This document shows, piece after piece, positions 26,601-44,600 of a DNA stretch of 64,000 nt. The notes beneath the pieces were generated by a model. That model searched no databases. It saw only the letters and a list, made by a program, of their open reading frames with translations, and had not been told where the DNA came from. Positions within the stretch are counted from its first letter, which is position 1. Every line of letters starts with the position of its first letter. The stretch spans positions 4,373 through 68,372 of the forward strand of contig JAUCBJ010007690.1 in assembly GCA_032718475.1 (NCBI GenBank). The letters are read 5' to 3'. The DNA comes from Nemertoderma westbladi (lineage: Eukaryota; Animalia; Xenacoelomorpha). The translations under genes were made by a program, and so were the position numbers.

Positions 26601-29600
26601 CATATGCATAATTAATTCAGGTATTGATTCATTTATAACATTGAAAAATTAATTCTGGTATTGATTCATTTATAACATTGAAAAATTAATTCTGGTATTG
26701 ATTCATTGTAACATTGCATAATTAATTCAGGTATTGATTCATTATAACATTGCATGATTAATTCAGGTATTGATTCATTGTAACATTGCATAATTAATTC
26801 AGGTATTGATTCATTATAACATTGCATATGCATAATTAATTCAGGTATTGATTCATTATAACATTGCATAATTAATTCAGGTATTGATTCTTTATAACAT
26901 TGCATAATTAATTCAGGTATTGATTCATTGTAACATTGCATAATTAATTCAGGTATTGATTCATTATAACATTGCATATGCATAATTAATTCAGATATTG
27001 ATTCTTTATAACATTGCATAATTAATTCAGGTATTGATTCATTGTAACATTGCATAATTAATTCAGGTATTGATTCTTTATAACATTGCATAATTAATTC
27101 AGGTATTGATTCATTGTAACATTGCATAATTAATTCAGGTATTGATTCATTATAACATTGCATATGCATAATTAATTCAGGTATTGATTCATTGTAACAT
27201 TGCATAATTAATTCAGGTATTGATTCTTTATAACATTGCATAATTAATTCAGGTATTGATTCATTGTAACATTGCATAATTAATTCAGGTATTGATTCAT
27301 TATAACATTGCATATGCATAATTAATTCAGGTATTGATTCATTATAACATTGCATAATTAATTCAGGTATTGATTCATTGTAACATTGCATAATAATTAA
27401 TTCTGGTATTTATTCATTATAACATTGAAAAATTAATTCTGGTATTGATTCATTATAACATTGCATATGCATAATTAATTCAGGTATTGATTCATTATAA
27501 CATTGCATAATTAATTCAGGTTTTGATTCATTATAACATTGCATAATTAATTCCTGTATTGATTCATTGTAACATTGCATAATTAATTCTGGTATTGATT
27601 CATTATAACATTGCATATGCATAATTAATTCAGGTATTGATTCATTATAACATTGCATAATAATTAATTCAGGCATTGATTCAATATGACATTGTATAAT
27701 TAATTCAGGTATTGATTCATTGTAACATTGCATTATTAATTCTGGTATTGATTCATTATAACATTGCATATGCATAATTAATTCAGGTATTGATTCATTG
27801 TAACATTGCATAATTAATTCTGGTATTGATTCATTATAACATTGCATATGCATAATTAATTCAGGTATTTATTCATTTTAACATTGCATAATAATTAATT
27901 CAGGCATTGATTCATTATAACATTGCATAATTAATTCAGGTATTGATTCATTATAACATTGCATAATTAATTCAGGTATTGATTCATTGTAACATTGCAT
28001 AATAATTAATTCTGGTATTGATTCATTATAACATTGAAAAATTAATTCAGGTATTGATTCATTTATAACATTGCATATGCATAATTAATTCAGGTATTGA
28101 TTCATTATAACATTGCATAATTAATTCAGGTATTGATTCATTATAACATTGCATAATTAATTCAGGTATTGATTCATTGTAACATTGCATAATAATTAAT
28201 TCTGGTATTGATTCATTATAACATTGCATAATTAATTCAGGTATTGATTCATTATAACATTGCATAATAATTAATTCTGGTATTGATTCATTATAACATT
28301 GAAAAATTAATTCAGGTATTGATTCATTATAACATTGCATAATTAATTCAGGTATTGATTCATTATAACATTGCATAATTAATTCAGGTTTTGATTCATT
28401 ATAACATTGCATAATTAATTCCTGTATTGATTCATTGTAACATTGCATAATTAATTCTGGTATTGATTCATTATAACATTGCATATGCATAATTAATTCA
28501 GGTATTGATTCATTATAACATTGCATAATAATTAATTCAGGCATTGATTCAATATGACATTGTATAATTAATTCAGGTATTGATTCATTGTAACATTGCA
28601 TTATTAATTCTGGTATTGATTCATTATAACATTGCATATGCATAATTAATTCAGGTATTGATTCATTGTAACATTGCATAATTAATTCAGGTATTGATTC
28701 ATTATAACATTGCATAATTAATTCAGGTATTGATTCATTGTAACATTGCATAATAATTAATTCTGGTATTGATTCATTATAACATTGAAAAATTAATTCA
28801 GGTATTGATTCATTATAACATTGCATATGCATAATTAATTCAGGTATTGATTCATTATAACATTGCATAATTAATTCAGGTTTTGATTCATTATAACATT
28901 GCATAATTAATTCAGGTATTGATTCATTGTAACATTGCATAATAATTAATTCTGGTATTGATTCATTATAACATTGAAAAATTAATTCAGGTATTGATTC
29001 ATTATAACATTGCATATGCATAATTAATTCAGGTATTGATTCATTATAACATTGCATAATTAATTCAGGTTTTGATTCATTATAACATTGCATAATTAAT
29101 TCCTGTATTGATTCATTGTAACATTGCATAATTAATTATGGTATTGATTCATTATAACATTGCATATGCATAATTAATTCAGGTATTGATTCATTATAAC
29201 ATTGCATAATAATTAATTCAGGCATTGATTCAATATGACATTGTATAATTAATTCAGGTATTGATTCATTGTAACATTGCATTATTAATTCTGGTATTGA
29301 TTCATTATAACATTGCATATGCATAATTAATTCAGGTATTGATTCATTGTAACATTGCATAATTAATTCTGGTATTGATTCATTATAACATTGCATATGC
29401 ATAATTAATTCAGGTATTGATTCATTATAACATTGCATAATAATTAATTCAGGCATTGATTCAATATAACATTGCATAATTAATTCAGGTATTGATTCAT
29501 TGTAACATTGCATAATTAATTCTGGTATTGTTTCATTATAACATTGCATAATTAATTCAGGTATTGAGTCATTGTAACATTGCATAATTAATTCAGGTAT

Positions 29601-32600
29601 TGATTCATTATAACATTGCATAATTAATTCAGGTATTGATTCATTGTAACATTGCATAATTAATTCAGGTATTGATTCATTGTAACATTGCATAATTAAT
29701 TCAGGTATTGATTCATTGTAACATTGCATAATTAATTCTGGTATTGATTCATTATAACATTGCATATGCATAATTAATTCAGGTATTGATTCATTATAAC
29801 ATTGCATAATAATTAATTCAGGCATTGATTCAATATAACATTGTATAATTAATTCAGGTATTGATTCATTGTAACATTGCATTATTAATTCTGGTATTGA
29901 TTCATTATAACATTGCATATGCATAATTAATTCAGGTATTGATTCATTGTAACATTGCATAATTAATTCCTGTATTGATTCATTGTAACATTGCATTATT
30001 AATTCTGGTATTGACTCATTGTAACATTGTATAATAATTAATTCAGGTATTGATTCATTATAACATTGCATATGCATAATTAATTCAGGTATTGATTCAT
30101 TGTAACATTGCATAATTAATTCCTGTATTGATTCATTGTAACATTGCATTATTAATTCTGGTATTGACTCATTGTAACATTGTATAATAATTAATTCAGG
30201 TATTGATTCATTATAACATTGCATATGCATAATTAATTCAGGTATTGATTCATTATAACATTGCATAATAATTAATTCAGGCATTGATTCAATATAACAT
30301 TGCATAATTAATTCAGGTATTGATTCATTGTAACATTGCATAATTAATTCTGGTATTGATTCATTGTAACATTGTATAATAATTAATTCAGGTATTGTTT
30401 CATAATAAGATTGAAAAATTAATTCAGATATTGATTCAATGTAACATTGTATAATAATTAATTCAGGTATTGATTCATTTATTATATTGAAAAATTATTA
30501 CAGGTATTGATTCCTTGTAACAATGCATAATAATTAATTCAGGTATTGATTCATTGTAACATTGCATAATTAATTCTGGTATTGATTCATTGTAACATTG
30601 TATAATAATTAATTCAGGTATTGTTTCATAATAAGATTGAAAAATTAATACAGATATTGATTCATTGTAACAATGCATAATAATTAATTCAGGTATTGAT
30701 TCATTGTAACATTGCATAATAATTAATTCAGGTGTTTATTCATTATGACATTGCATAATTAATTCAGGTATTGATTCATTATAACATTGCATATGCATAA
30801 TTAATTCAGGTATTGATTCATTGTAACATTGCATAATTAATTCTGGTATTGATTCATTATAACATTGCATATGCATAATTAATTCAGGTATTGATTCATT
30901 ATAACATTGCATAATAATTAATTCAGGCATTGATTCAATATAACATTGCATAATTAATTCAGGTATTGATTCATTGTAACATTGCATAATTAATTCTGGT
31001 ATTGATTCATTGTAACATTGTATAATAATTAATTCAGGTATTGTTTCATAATAAGATTGAAAAATTAATTCAGATATTGATTCATTGTAACAATGCATAA
31101 TAATTAATTCAGGTATTGATTCATTGTAACATTGCATAATAATTAATTCAGGTGTTTATTCATTATAACATTGCATAATTAATTCAGGTATTGATTCATT
31201 ATAACATTGCATATGCATAATTAATTCAGGTATTGATTCATTATAACATTGCATAGTTAATTCAGGTATTGATTCATTGTAACATTGCATAATTAATTCT
31301 GGTATTGATTCATTATAACATTGCATATGCATAATTAATTCAGGTATTGATTCATTATAACATTGCATTTTAATTAATTCAGGCATTGATTCAATATAAC
31401 ATTGCATAATTAATTCAGGTATTGATTCATTGTAACATTGCATAATTAATTCTGGTATTGATTCATTGTAACATTGTATAATAATTAATTCAGGTATTGT
31501 TTCATAATAAGATTGAAAAATTAATTCAGATATTGATTCATTGTAACAATGCATAATAATTAATTCAGGTATTGATTCATTGTAACATTGCATAATAATT
31601 AATTCAGGTGTTTATTCATTATAACATTGCATAATTAATTCAGGTATTGATTCATTATAAAATTGCATATGCATAATTAATTCAGGTATTGATTCATTAT
31701 AACATTGCATATGCATAATTAATTCAGGTATTGATTCATTATAACATTGCATAATTAATTCAGGTATTGATTCATTGTAACATTGCATAATTAATTCAGG
31801 CATTGATTCATTATAACATTGCATATGCATAATTAATTCAGGTATTGATTCATTATAACATTGCATAATTAATTCAGGTATTGATTCATTATAACATTGC
31901 ATAATTAATTCAGGTATTGATTCATTGTAACATTGCATAATTAATTCAGGTATTGATTCATTATAACATTGCATATGCATAATTAATTCAGGTATTGATT
32001 CATTATAACATTGCATAATTAATTCAGGTATTGATTCATTATAACATTGCATAATTAATTCTGGTATTGATTCATTGTAACATTGCATAATTAATTCAGG
32101 TATTGATTCATTATAACATTGCATATGCATAATTAATTCAGGTATTGATTCATTATAACATTGCATAATTAATTCAGGTATTGATTCATTATAACATTGC
32201 ATAATTAATTCAGGTATTGATTCATTGTAACATTGCATAATTAATTCTGGTATTGATTCATTGTAACATTGTATAATAATTAATTCAGGTATTGTTTCAT
32301 AATAAGATTGAAAAATTAATTCAGATATTGATTCATTGTAACAATGCATAATAATTAATTCAGGTATTGATTCATTGTAACATTGCATAATAATTAATTC
32401 AGGTATTGTTTCATAATAAGATTGAAAAATTAATTCAGATATTGATTCATTGTAACAATGCATAATAATTAATTCAGGTATTGATTCATTGTAACATTGC
32501 ATAATAATTAATTCAGGTGTTTATTCATTATAACATTGCATAATTAATTCAGGTATTGATTCATTATAACATTGCATATGCATAATTAATTCAGGTATTG

Positions 32601-35600
32601 ATTCATTATAACATTGCATAGTTAATTCAGGTATTGATTCATTGTAACATTGCATAATTAATTCTGGTATTGATTCATTATAACATTGCATATGCATAAT
32701 TAATTCAGGTATTGATTCATTATAACATTGCATAATAATTAATTCAGGCATTGATTCAATATAACATTGCATAATTAATTCAGGTATTGATTCATTGTAA
32801 CATTGCATAATTAATTCTGGTATTGATTCATTGTAACATTGTATAATAATTAATTCAGGTATTGTTTCATAATAAGATTGAAAAATTAATTCAGATATTG
32901 ATTCATTGTAACAATGCATAATAATTAATTCAGGTATTGATTCATTGTAACATTGCATAATAATTAATTCAGGTGTTTATTCATTATAACATTGCATAAT
33001 TAATTCAGGTATTGATTCATTATAACATTGCATATGCATAATTAATTCAGGTATTGATTCATTATAACATTGCATATGCATAATTAATTCAGGTATTGAT
33101 TCATTATAACATTGCATAATTAATTCAGGTATTGATTCATTGTAACATTGCATAATTAATTCAGGCATTGATTCATTATAACATTGCATATGCATAATTA
33201 ATTCAGGTATTGATTCATTGTAACATTGCATAATTAATTCAGGTATTGATTCATTGTAACATTGCATAATTAATTCAGGCATTGATTCATTATAACATTG
33301 CATATGCATAATTAATTCAGGTATTGATTCATTATAACATTGCATAATTAATTCAGGTATTGATTCATTATAACATTGCATAATTAATTCAGGTATTGAT
33401 TCATTGTAACATTGCATATGCATAATTAATTCAGGTATTGATTCATTATAACATTGCATAATTAATTCAGGTATTGATTCATTATAACATTGCATAATTA
33501 ATTCAGGTATTGATTCATTGTAACATTGCATATGCATAATTAATTCAGGTATTGATTCATTATAACATTGCATAATTAATTCAGGTATTGATTCATTTTA
33601 ACATTGCATAATAATTAATTCAGGTATTGATTCATTATAACATTGCATAATTAATTCAGGTATTGATTCATTATAACATTGCATAATTAATTCAGGTATT
33701 GATTCATTGTAACATTGCATAATTAATTCAGGTATTGATTCATTATAACATTGCATATGCATAATTAATTCAGGTATTGATTCATTATAACATTGCATAA
33801 TTAATTCAGGTATTGATTCATTATAACATTGCATAATTAATTCTGGTATTGATTCATTGTAACATTGCATAATTAATTCCGGTATTGATTCATTATAACA
33901 TTGCATATGCATAATTAATTCAGGTATTGATTCATTATAACATTGCATAATTAATTCAGGTATTGATTCATTATACCATTGCATAATTAATTCAGGTATT
34001 GATTCATTATAACATTGCATATGCATAATTAATTCAGGTATTGATTCATTGTAACATTGCATAATTAATTCAGGTATTGATTCATTATAACATTGCATAA
34101 TTAATTCTGGTATTGATTCATTGTAACATTGCATAATTAATTCAGGTAATTATTCATTTATAACATTGCATAATTAATTCAGGTATTGATTCATTATAAC
34201 ATTGCATAATTAATTCAGGTATTGATTCATTATAACATTGCATAATTAATTCTGGTATTGATTCATTGTAACATTGCATAATTAATTCAGGTATTGATTC
34301 ATTATAACATTGCATAATTAATTCTGGTATTGATTCATTGTAACATTGCATAATTAATTCAGGTATTGATTCATTATAACATTGCATATGCATAATTAAT
34401 TCAGGTATTGATTCATTATAACATTGCATAATTAATTCAGGTATTGATTCATTATAACATTGCATAATTAATTCAGGTATTGATTCATTATAACATTGCA
34501 TATGCATAATTAATTCAGGTATTGATTCATTATAACATTGCATAATTAATTCAGGTATTGATTCATTATAACATTGCATAATTAATTCTGGTATTGATTC
34601 ATTGTAACATTGCATAATTAATTCAGGTATTGATTCATTATAACATTGCATAATTAATTCAGGTATTGATTCATTATAACATTGCATATGCATAATTAAT
34701 TCAGGTATTGATTCATTATAACATTGCATAACTAATTCAGGTATTGATTCATTATAACATTGCATATGCATAATTAATTCAGGTATTGATTCATTATAAC
34801 ATTGCATAATTAATTCTGGTATTGATTCATTGTAACATTGCATAATTAATTCAGGTATTGATTCATTATAACATTGCATAATTAATTCAGGTATTGATTC
34901 ATTATAACATTGCATATGCATAATTAATTCAGGTATTGATTCATTATAACATTGCATAATTAATTCAGGTATTGATTCATTATAACATTGCATAATTAAT
35001 TCAGGTATTGATTCATTATAACATTGCATATGCATAATTAATTCAGGTATTGATTCATTATAACATTGCATAATTAATTCAGGTATTGATTCATTATAAC
35101 ATTGCATATGCATAATTAATTCAGGTATTGATTCATTATAACATTGCATAATTAATTCAGGTATTGATTCATTGTAACATTGCATAATTAATTCAGGTAT
35201 TGATTCATTATAACATTGCATAATTAATTCAGGTATTGATTCAATATAACATTGCATAATTAATTCCGGTAATTATTCATTATAACATTGCATAATTAAT
35301 TCAGGTATTGATTCATTATAACATTGCATAATTAATTCTGGTATTGATTCATTGTAACATTGCATAATTAATTCAGGTATTGATTCATTGTAACATTGCA
35401 TATGCATAATTAATTCAGGTATTGATTCATTATAACATTGCATAATTAATTCAGGTATTGATTCATTGTAACATTGCATAATTAATTCAGGTATTGATTC
35501 ATTATAACATTGCATATGCATAATTAATTCAGGTATTGATTCATTATAACATTGCATAATTAATTCAGGTATTGATTCATTGTAACATTGCATAATTAAT

Positions 35601-38600
35601 TCAGGTATTGATTCATTATAACATTGCATATGCATAATTAATTCAGGTATTGATTCACTATAACATTGCATAATTAATTCAGGTATTGATTCATTGTAAC
35701 ATTGCATAATTAATTCAGGTATTGATTCATTATAACATTGCATATGCATAATTAATTCAGGTATTGATTCATTATAACATTGCATAATTAATTCAGGTAT
35801 TGATTCATTGTAACATTGCATAATTAATTCAGGTATTGATTCATTATAACATTGCATATGCATAATTAATTCAGGTATTGATTCATTATAACATTGCATA
35901 ATTAATTCAGGTATTGATTCATTGTAACATTGCATAATTAATTCAGGCATTGATTCATTATAACATTGCATATGCATAATTAATTCAGGTATTGATTCAT
36001 TATAACATTGCATAATTAATTCAGGTATTGATTCATTATAACATTGCATAATTAATTCAGGTATTGATTCATTGTAACATTGCATAATTAATTCAGGTAT
36101 TGATTCATTATAACATTGCATATGCATAATTAATTCAGGTATTGATTCATTATAACATTGCATAATTAATTCAGGTATTGATTCATTATAACATTGCATA
36201 ATTAATTCTGGTATTGATTCATTGTAACATTGCATAATTAATTCAGGTATTGATTCATTATAACATTGCATATGCATAATTAATTCAGGTATTGATTCAT
36301 TATAACATTGCATAATTAATTCAGGTATTGATTCATTATAACATTGCATAATTAATTCAGGTATTGATTCATTGTAACATTGCATAATTAATTCTGGTAT
36401 TGATTCATTGTAACATTGTATAATAATTAATTCAGGTATTGTTTCATAATAAGATTGAAAAATTAATTCAGATATTGATTCATTGTAACAATGCATAATA
36501 ATTAATTCAGGTATTGATTCATTGTAACATTGCATAATAATTAATTCAGGTATTGTTTCATAATAAGATTGAAAAATTAATTCAGATATTGATTCATTGT
36601 AACAATGCATAATAATTAATTCAGGTATTGATTCATTGTAACATTGCATAATAATTAATTCAGGTGTTTATTCATTATAACATTGCATAATTAATTCAGG
36701 TATTGATTCATTATAACATTGCATATGCATAATTAATTCAGGTATTGATTCATTATAACATTGCATAGTTAATTCAGGTATTGATTCATTGTAACATTGC
36801 ATAATTAATTCTGGTATTGATTCATTATAACATTGCATATGCATAATTAATTCAGGTATTGATTCATTATAACATTGCATAATAATTAATTCAGGCATTG
36901 ATTCAATATAACATTGCATAATTAATTCAGGTATTGATTCATTGTAACATTGCATAATTAATTCTGGTATTGATTCATTGTAACATTGTATAATAATTAA
37001 TTCAGGTATTGTTTCATAATAAGATTGAAAAATTAATTCAGATATTGATTCATTGTAACAATGCATAATAATTAATTCAGGTATTGATTCATTGTAACAT
37101 TGCATAATAATTAATTCAGGTGTTTATTCATTATAACATTGCATAATTAATTCAGGTATTGATTCATTATAACATTGCATATGCATAATTAATTCAGGTA
37201 TTGATTCATTATAACATTGCATATGCATAATTAATTCAGGTATTGATTCATTATAACATTGCATAATTAATTCAGGTATTGATTCATTGTAACATTGCAT
37301 AATTAATTCAGGCATTGATTCATTATAACATTGCATATGCATAATTAATTCAGGTATTGATTCATTATAACATTGCATAATTAATTCAGGTATTGATTCA
37401 TTATAACATTGCATAATTAATTCAGGTATTGATTCATTGTAACATTGCATATGCATAATTAATTCAGGTATTGATTCATTATAACATTGCATAATTAATT
37501 CAGGTATTGATTCATTATAACATTGCATAATTAATTCAGGTATTGATTCATTGTAACATTGCATATGCATAATTAATTCAGGTATTGATTCATTATAACA
37601 TTGCATAATTAATTCAGGTATTGATTCATTTTAACATTGCATAATAATTAATTCAGGTATTGATTCATTATAACATTGCATAATTAATTCAGGTATTGAT
37701 TCATTATAACATTGCATAATTAATTCAGGTATTGATTCATTGTAACATTGCATAATTAATTCAGGTATTGATTCATTATAACATTGCATATGCATAATTA
37801 ATTCAGGTATTGATTCATTATAACATTGCATAATTAATTCAGGTATTGATTCATTATAACATTGCATAATTAATTCTGGTATTGATTCATTGTAACATTG
37901 CATAATTAATTCAGGTATTGATTCATTATAACATTGCATATGCATAATTAATTCAGGTATTGATTCATTATAACATTGCATAATTAATTCAGGTATTGAT
38001 TCATTATAACATTGCATAATTAATTCTGGTATTGATTCATTGTAACATTGCACAATTAATTCAGGTATTGATTCATTATAACATTGCATATGCATAATTA
38101 ATTCAGGTATTGATTCATTATAACATTGCATAATTAATTCAGGTATTGATTCATTATAACATTGCATAATTAATTCAGGTATTGATTCATTATAACATTG
38201 CATATGCATAATTAATTCAGGTATTGATTCATTATAACATTGCATAATTAATTCAGGTATTGATTCATTATAACATTGCATAATTAATTCTGGTATTGAT
38301 TCATTGTAACATTGCATAATTAATTCAGGTATTGATTCATTATAACATTGCATAATTAATTCAGGTATTGATTCATTATAACATTGCATAATTAATTCAG
38401 GTATTGATTCATTATAACATTGCATAATTAATTCAGGTATTGATTCATTATAACATTGCATAATTAATTCAGGTATTGATTCATTATAACATTGCATATG
38501 CATAATTAATTCAGGTATTGATTCATTATAACATTGCATAATTAATTCAGGTATTGATTCATTATAACATTGCATATGCATAATTAATTCAGGTATTGAT

Positions 38601-41600
38601 TCATTATAACATTGCATAATTAATTCTGGTATTGATTCATTGTAACATTGCATAATTAATTCAGGTATTGATTCATTATAACATTGCATAATTAATTCAG
38701 GTATTGATTCATTATAACATTGCATATGCATAATTAATTCAGGTATTGATTCATTATAACATTGCATAATTAATTCAGGTATTGATTCATTATAACATTG
38801 CATAATTAATTCAGGTATTGATTCATTATAACATTGCATATGCATAATTAATTCAGGTATTGATTCATTATAACATTGCATAATTAATTCAGGTATTGAT
38901 TCATTATAACATTGCATATGCATAATTAATTCAGGTATTGATTCATTATAACATTGCATAATTAATTCAGGTATTGATTCATTGTAACATTGCATAATTA
39001 ATTCAGGTATTGATTCATTATAACATTGCATATGCATAATTAATTCAGGTATTGATTCATTATAACATTGCATAATTAATTCAGGTATTGATTCAATATA
39101 ACATTGCATAATTAATTCCGGTAATTATTCATTATAACATTGCATAATTAATTCAGGTATTGATTCATTATAACATTGCATAATTAATTCTGGTATTGAT
39201 TCATTGTAACATTGCATAATTAATTCAGGTATTGATTCATTATAACATTGCATATGCATAATTAATTCAGGTATTGATTCATTATAACATTGCATAATTA
39301 ATTCAGGTATTGATTCATTGTAACATTGCATAATTAATTCAGGTATTGATTCATTATAACATTGCATATGCATAATTAATTCAGGTATTGATTCATTATA
39401 ACATTGCATAATTAATTCAGGTATTGATTCATTATAACATTGCATAATTAATTCAGGTATTGATTCATTATAACATTGCATAATTAATTCAGGTATTGAT
39501 TCATTGTAACATTGCATAATAATTAATTCTGGTATTGATTCATTATAACATTGCATATGCATAATTAATTCAGGTATTGATTCATTATAACATTGCATAA
39601 TTAATTCAGGTTTTGATTCATTATAACATTGCATAATTAATTCAGGTATTGATTCATTGTAACATTGCATAATTAATTCAGGTATTGATTCATTATAACA
39701 TTGCATATGCATAATTAATTCAGGCATTGATTCAATATAACATTGTATAATTAATTCAGGTATTGATTCATTGTAACATTGCATTATTAATTCTGGTATT
39801 GATTCATTATAACATTGCATATGCATAATTAATTCAGGTATTGATTCATTGTAACATTGCATAATTAATTCTGGTATTGATTCATTATAACATTGCATAT
39901 GCATAATTAATTCAGGTATTGATTCATTATAACATTGCATAATTAATTCAGGTATTGATTCATTGTAACATTGCATAATTAATTCAGGTATTGATTCATT
40001 GTAACATTGCATAATTAATTCTGGTATTGATTCATTATAACATTGCATATGCATAATTAATTCAGGTATTGATTCATTATAACATTGCATAATTAATTCA
40101 GGCATTGATTCAATATAACATTGCATAATTAATTCAGGTATTGATTCATTATAACATTGCATATGCATAATTAATTCAGGTATTGATTCATTATAACATT
40201 GCATAATTAATTCAGGTATTGATTCATTATAACATTGCATAATTAATTCAGGTATTGATTCATTATAACATTGCATAATTAATTCAGGTATTGATTCATT
40301 GTAACATTGCATAATAATTAATTCAGGTATTGATTCATTATAACATTGCATAATTAATTCAGGTTTTGATTCATTATAACATTGCATAATTAATTCCTGT
40401 ATTGATTCATTGTAACATTGCATAATTAATTCTGGTATTGATTCATTATAACATTGCATATGCATAATTAATTCAGGTATTGATTCATTATAACATTGCA
40501 TAATAATTAATTCAGGCATTGATTCAATATGACATTGTATAATTAATTCAGGTATTGATTCATTGTAACATTGCATTATTAATTCTGGTATTGATTCATT
40601 ATAACATTGCATATGCATAATTAATTCAGGTATTTATTCATTTTAACATTGCATAATAATTAATTCAGGCATTGATTCATTATAACATTGCATAATTAAT
40701 TCAGGTATTGATTCATTATAACATTGCATAATTAATTCAGGTATTGATTCATTGTAACATTGCATAATAATTAATTCTGGTATTGATTCATTATAACATT
40801 GAAAAATTAATTCAGGTATTGATTCATTTATAACATTGCATAATTAATTCTGGTATTGATTCATTATAACATTGCATATGCATAATTAATTCAGGTATTG
40901 ATTCATTATAACATTGCATAATTAATTCAGGTATTGATTCATTGTAACATTGCATAATTAATTCTGGTATTGATTCATTATAACATTGCATATGCATAAT
41001 TAATTCAGGTATTGATTCATTATAACATTGCATAATAATTAATTCAGGCATTGATTCAATATGACATTGTATAATTAATTCAGGTATTGATTCATTGTAA
41101 CATTGCATTATTAATTCTGGTATTGATTCATTATAACATTGCATATGCATAATTAATTCAGGTATTTATTCATTTTAACATTGCATAATAATTAATTCAG
41201 GCATTGATTCATTATAACATTGCATAATTAATTCTGGTATTGATTCATTATAACATTGCATATGCATAATTAATTCAGGTATTGATTCATTATAACATTG
41301 CATAATAATTAATTCAGGCATTGATTCAATATGACATTGTATAATTAATTCAGGTATTGATTCATTGTAACATTGCATTATTAATTCTGGTATTGATTCA
41401 TTATAACATTGCATATGCATAATTAATTCAGGTATTTATTCATTTTAACATTGCATAATAATTAATTCAGGCATTGATTCATTATAACATTGCATAATTA
41501 ATTCAGGTATTGATTCATTATAACATTGCATAATTAATTCAGGTATTGATTCATTGTAACATTGCATAATAATTAATTCTGGTATTGATTCATTATAACA

Positions 41601-44600
41601 TTGAAAAATTAATTCAGGTATTGATTCATTTATAACATTGCATAATTAATTCTGGTATTGATTCATTATAACATTGCATATGCATAATTAATTCAGGTAT
41701 TGATTCATTATAACATTGCATAATTAATTCAGGTATTGATTCATTGTAACATTGCATAATTAATTCAGGTATTGATTCATTGTAACATTGCATAATTAAT
41801 TCTGGTATTGATTCATTATAACATTGCATATGCATAATTAATTCAGGTATTTATTCATTTTAACATTGCATAATAATTAATTCAGGCATTGATTCATTAT
41901 AACATTGCATAATTAATTCAGGTATTGATTCATTATAACATTGCATAATTAATTCAGGTATTGATTCATTGTAACATTGCATAATAATTAATTCTGGTAT
42001 TGATTCATTATAACATTGAAAAATTAATTCAGGTATTGATTCATTTATAACATTGCATATGCATAATTAATTCAGGTATTGATTCATTATAACATTGCAT
42101 AATTAATTCAGGTATTGATTCATTATAACATTGCATAATTAATTCAGGTATTGATTCATTGTAACATTGCATAATAATTAATTCTGGTATTGATTCATTA
42201 TAACATTGCATAATTAATTCAGGTATTGATTCATTGTAACATTGCATAATAATTAATTCTGGTATTGATTCATTATAACATTGAAAAATTAATTCAGGTA
42301 TTGATTCATTATAACATTGCATATGCATAATTAATTCAGGTTTTGATTCATTATAACATTGCATAATTAATTCCTGTATTGATTCATTGTAACATTGCAT
42401 AATTAATTCTGGTATTGATTCATTATAACATTGCATATGCATAATTAATTCAGGTATTGATTCATTATAACATTGCATAATAATTAATTCAGGCATTGAT
42501 TCAATATGACATTGTATAATTAATTCAGGTATTGATTCATTGTAACATTGCATTATTAATTCTGGTATTGATTCATTATAACATTGCATATGCATAATTA
42601 ATTCAGGTATTGATTCATTGTAACATTGCATAATTAATTCAGGTATTGATTCATTATAACATTGCATAATTAATTCAGGTATTGATTCATTGTAACATTG
42701 CATAATAATTAATTCTGGTATTGATTCATTATAACATTGAAAAATTAATTCAGGTATTGATTCATTATAACATTGCATATGCATAATTAATTCAGGTATT
42801 GATTCATTATAACATTGCATAATTAATTCAGGTTTTGATTCATTATAACATTGCATAATTAATTCAGGTATTGATTCATTGTAACATTGCATAATAATTA
42901 ATTCTGGTATTGATTCATTATAACATTGAAAAATTAATTCAGGTATTGATTCATTATAACATTGCATATGCATAATTAATTCAGGTATTGATTCATTATA
43001 ACATTGCATAATTAATTCAGGTTTTGATTCATTATAACATTGCATAATTAATTCCTGTATTGATTCATTGTAACATTGCATAATTAATTCTGGTATTGAT
43101 TCATTATAACATTGCATATGCATAATTAATTCAGGTATTGATTCATTATAACATTGCATAATAATTAATTCAGGCATTGATTCAATATGACATTGTATAA
43201 TTAATTCAGGTATTGATTCATTGTAACATTGCATTATTAATTCTGGTATTGATTCATTATAACATTGCATATGCATAATTAATTCAGGTATTGATTCATT
43301 GTAACATTGCATAATTAATTCTGGTATTGATTCATTATAACATTGCATATGCATAATTAATTCAGGTATTGATTCATTATAACATTGCATAATAATTAAT
43401 TCAGGCATTGATTCAATATAACATTGCATAATTAATTCAGGTATTGATTCATTGTAACATTGCATAATTAATTCTGGTATTGTTTCATTATAACATTGCA
43501 TAATTAATTCAGGTATTGAGTCATTGTAACATTGCATAATTAATTCAGGTATTGATTCATTATAACATTGCATAATTAATTCAGGTATTGATTCATTGTA
43601 ACATTGCATAATTAATTCAGGTATTGATTCATTGTAACATTGCATAATTAATTCAGGTATTGATTCATTGTAACATTGCATAATTAATTCTGGTATTGAT
43701 TCATTATAACATTGCATATGCATAATTAATTCAGGTATTGATTCATTATAACATTGCATAATAATTAATTCAGGCATTGATTCAATATAACATTGTATAA
43801 TTAATTCAGGTATTGATTCATTGTAACATTGCATTATTAATTCTGGTATTGATTCATTATAACATTGCATATGCATAATTAATTCAGGTATTGATTCATT
43901 GTAACATTGCATAATTAATTCCTGTATTGATTCATTGTAACATTGCATTATTAATTCTGGTATTGATTCATTATAACATTGCATATGCATAATTAATTCA
44001 GGTATTGATTCATTGTAACATTGCATAATTAATTCTGGTATTGATTCATTATAACATTGCATATGCATAATTAATTCAGGTATTGATTCATTATAACATT
44101 GCATAATAATTAATTCAGGCATTGATTCAATATAACATTGCATAATTAATTCAGGTATTGATTCATTGTAACATTGCATAATTAATTCTGGTATTGATTC
44201 ATTGTAACATTGTATAATAATTAATTCAGGTATTGTTTCATAATAAGATTGAAAAATTAATTCAGATATTGATTCAATGTAACATTGTATAATAATTAAT
44301 TCAGGTATTGATTCATTTATTATATTGAAAAATTATTACAGGTATTGATTCCTTGTAACAATGCATAATAATTAATTCAGGTATTGATTCATTGTAACAT
44401 TGCATAATTAATTCTGGTATTGATTCATTGTAACATTGTATAATAATTAATTCAGGTATTGTTTCATAATAAGATTGAAAAATTAATTCAGATATTGATT
44501 CATTGTAACAATGCATAATAATTAATTCAGGTATTGATTCATTGTAACATTGCATAATAATTAATTCAGGTGTTTATTCATTATAACATTGCATAATTAA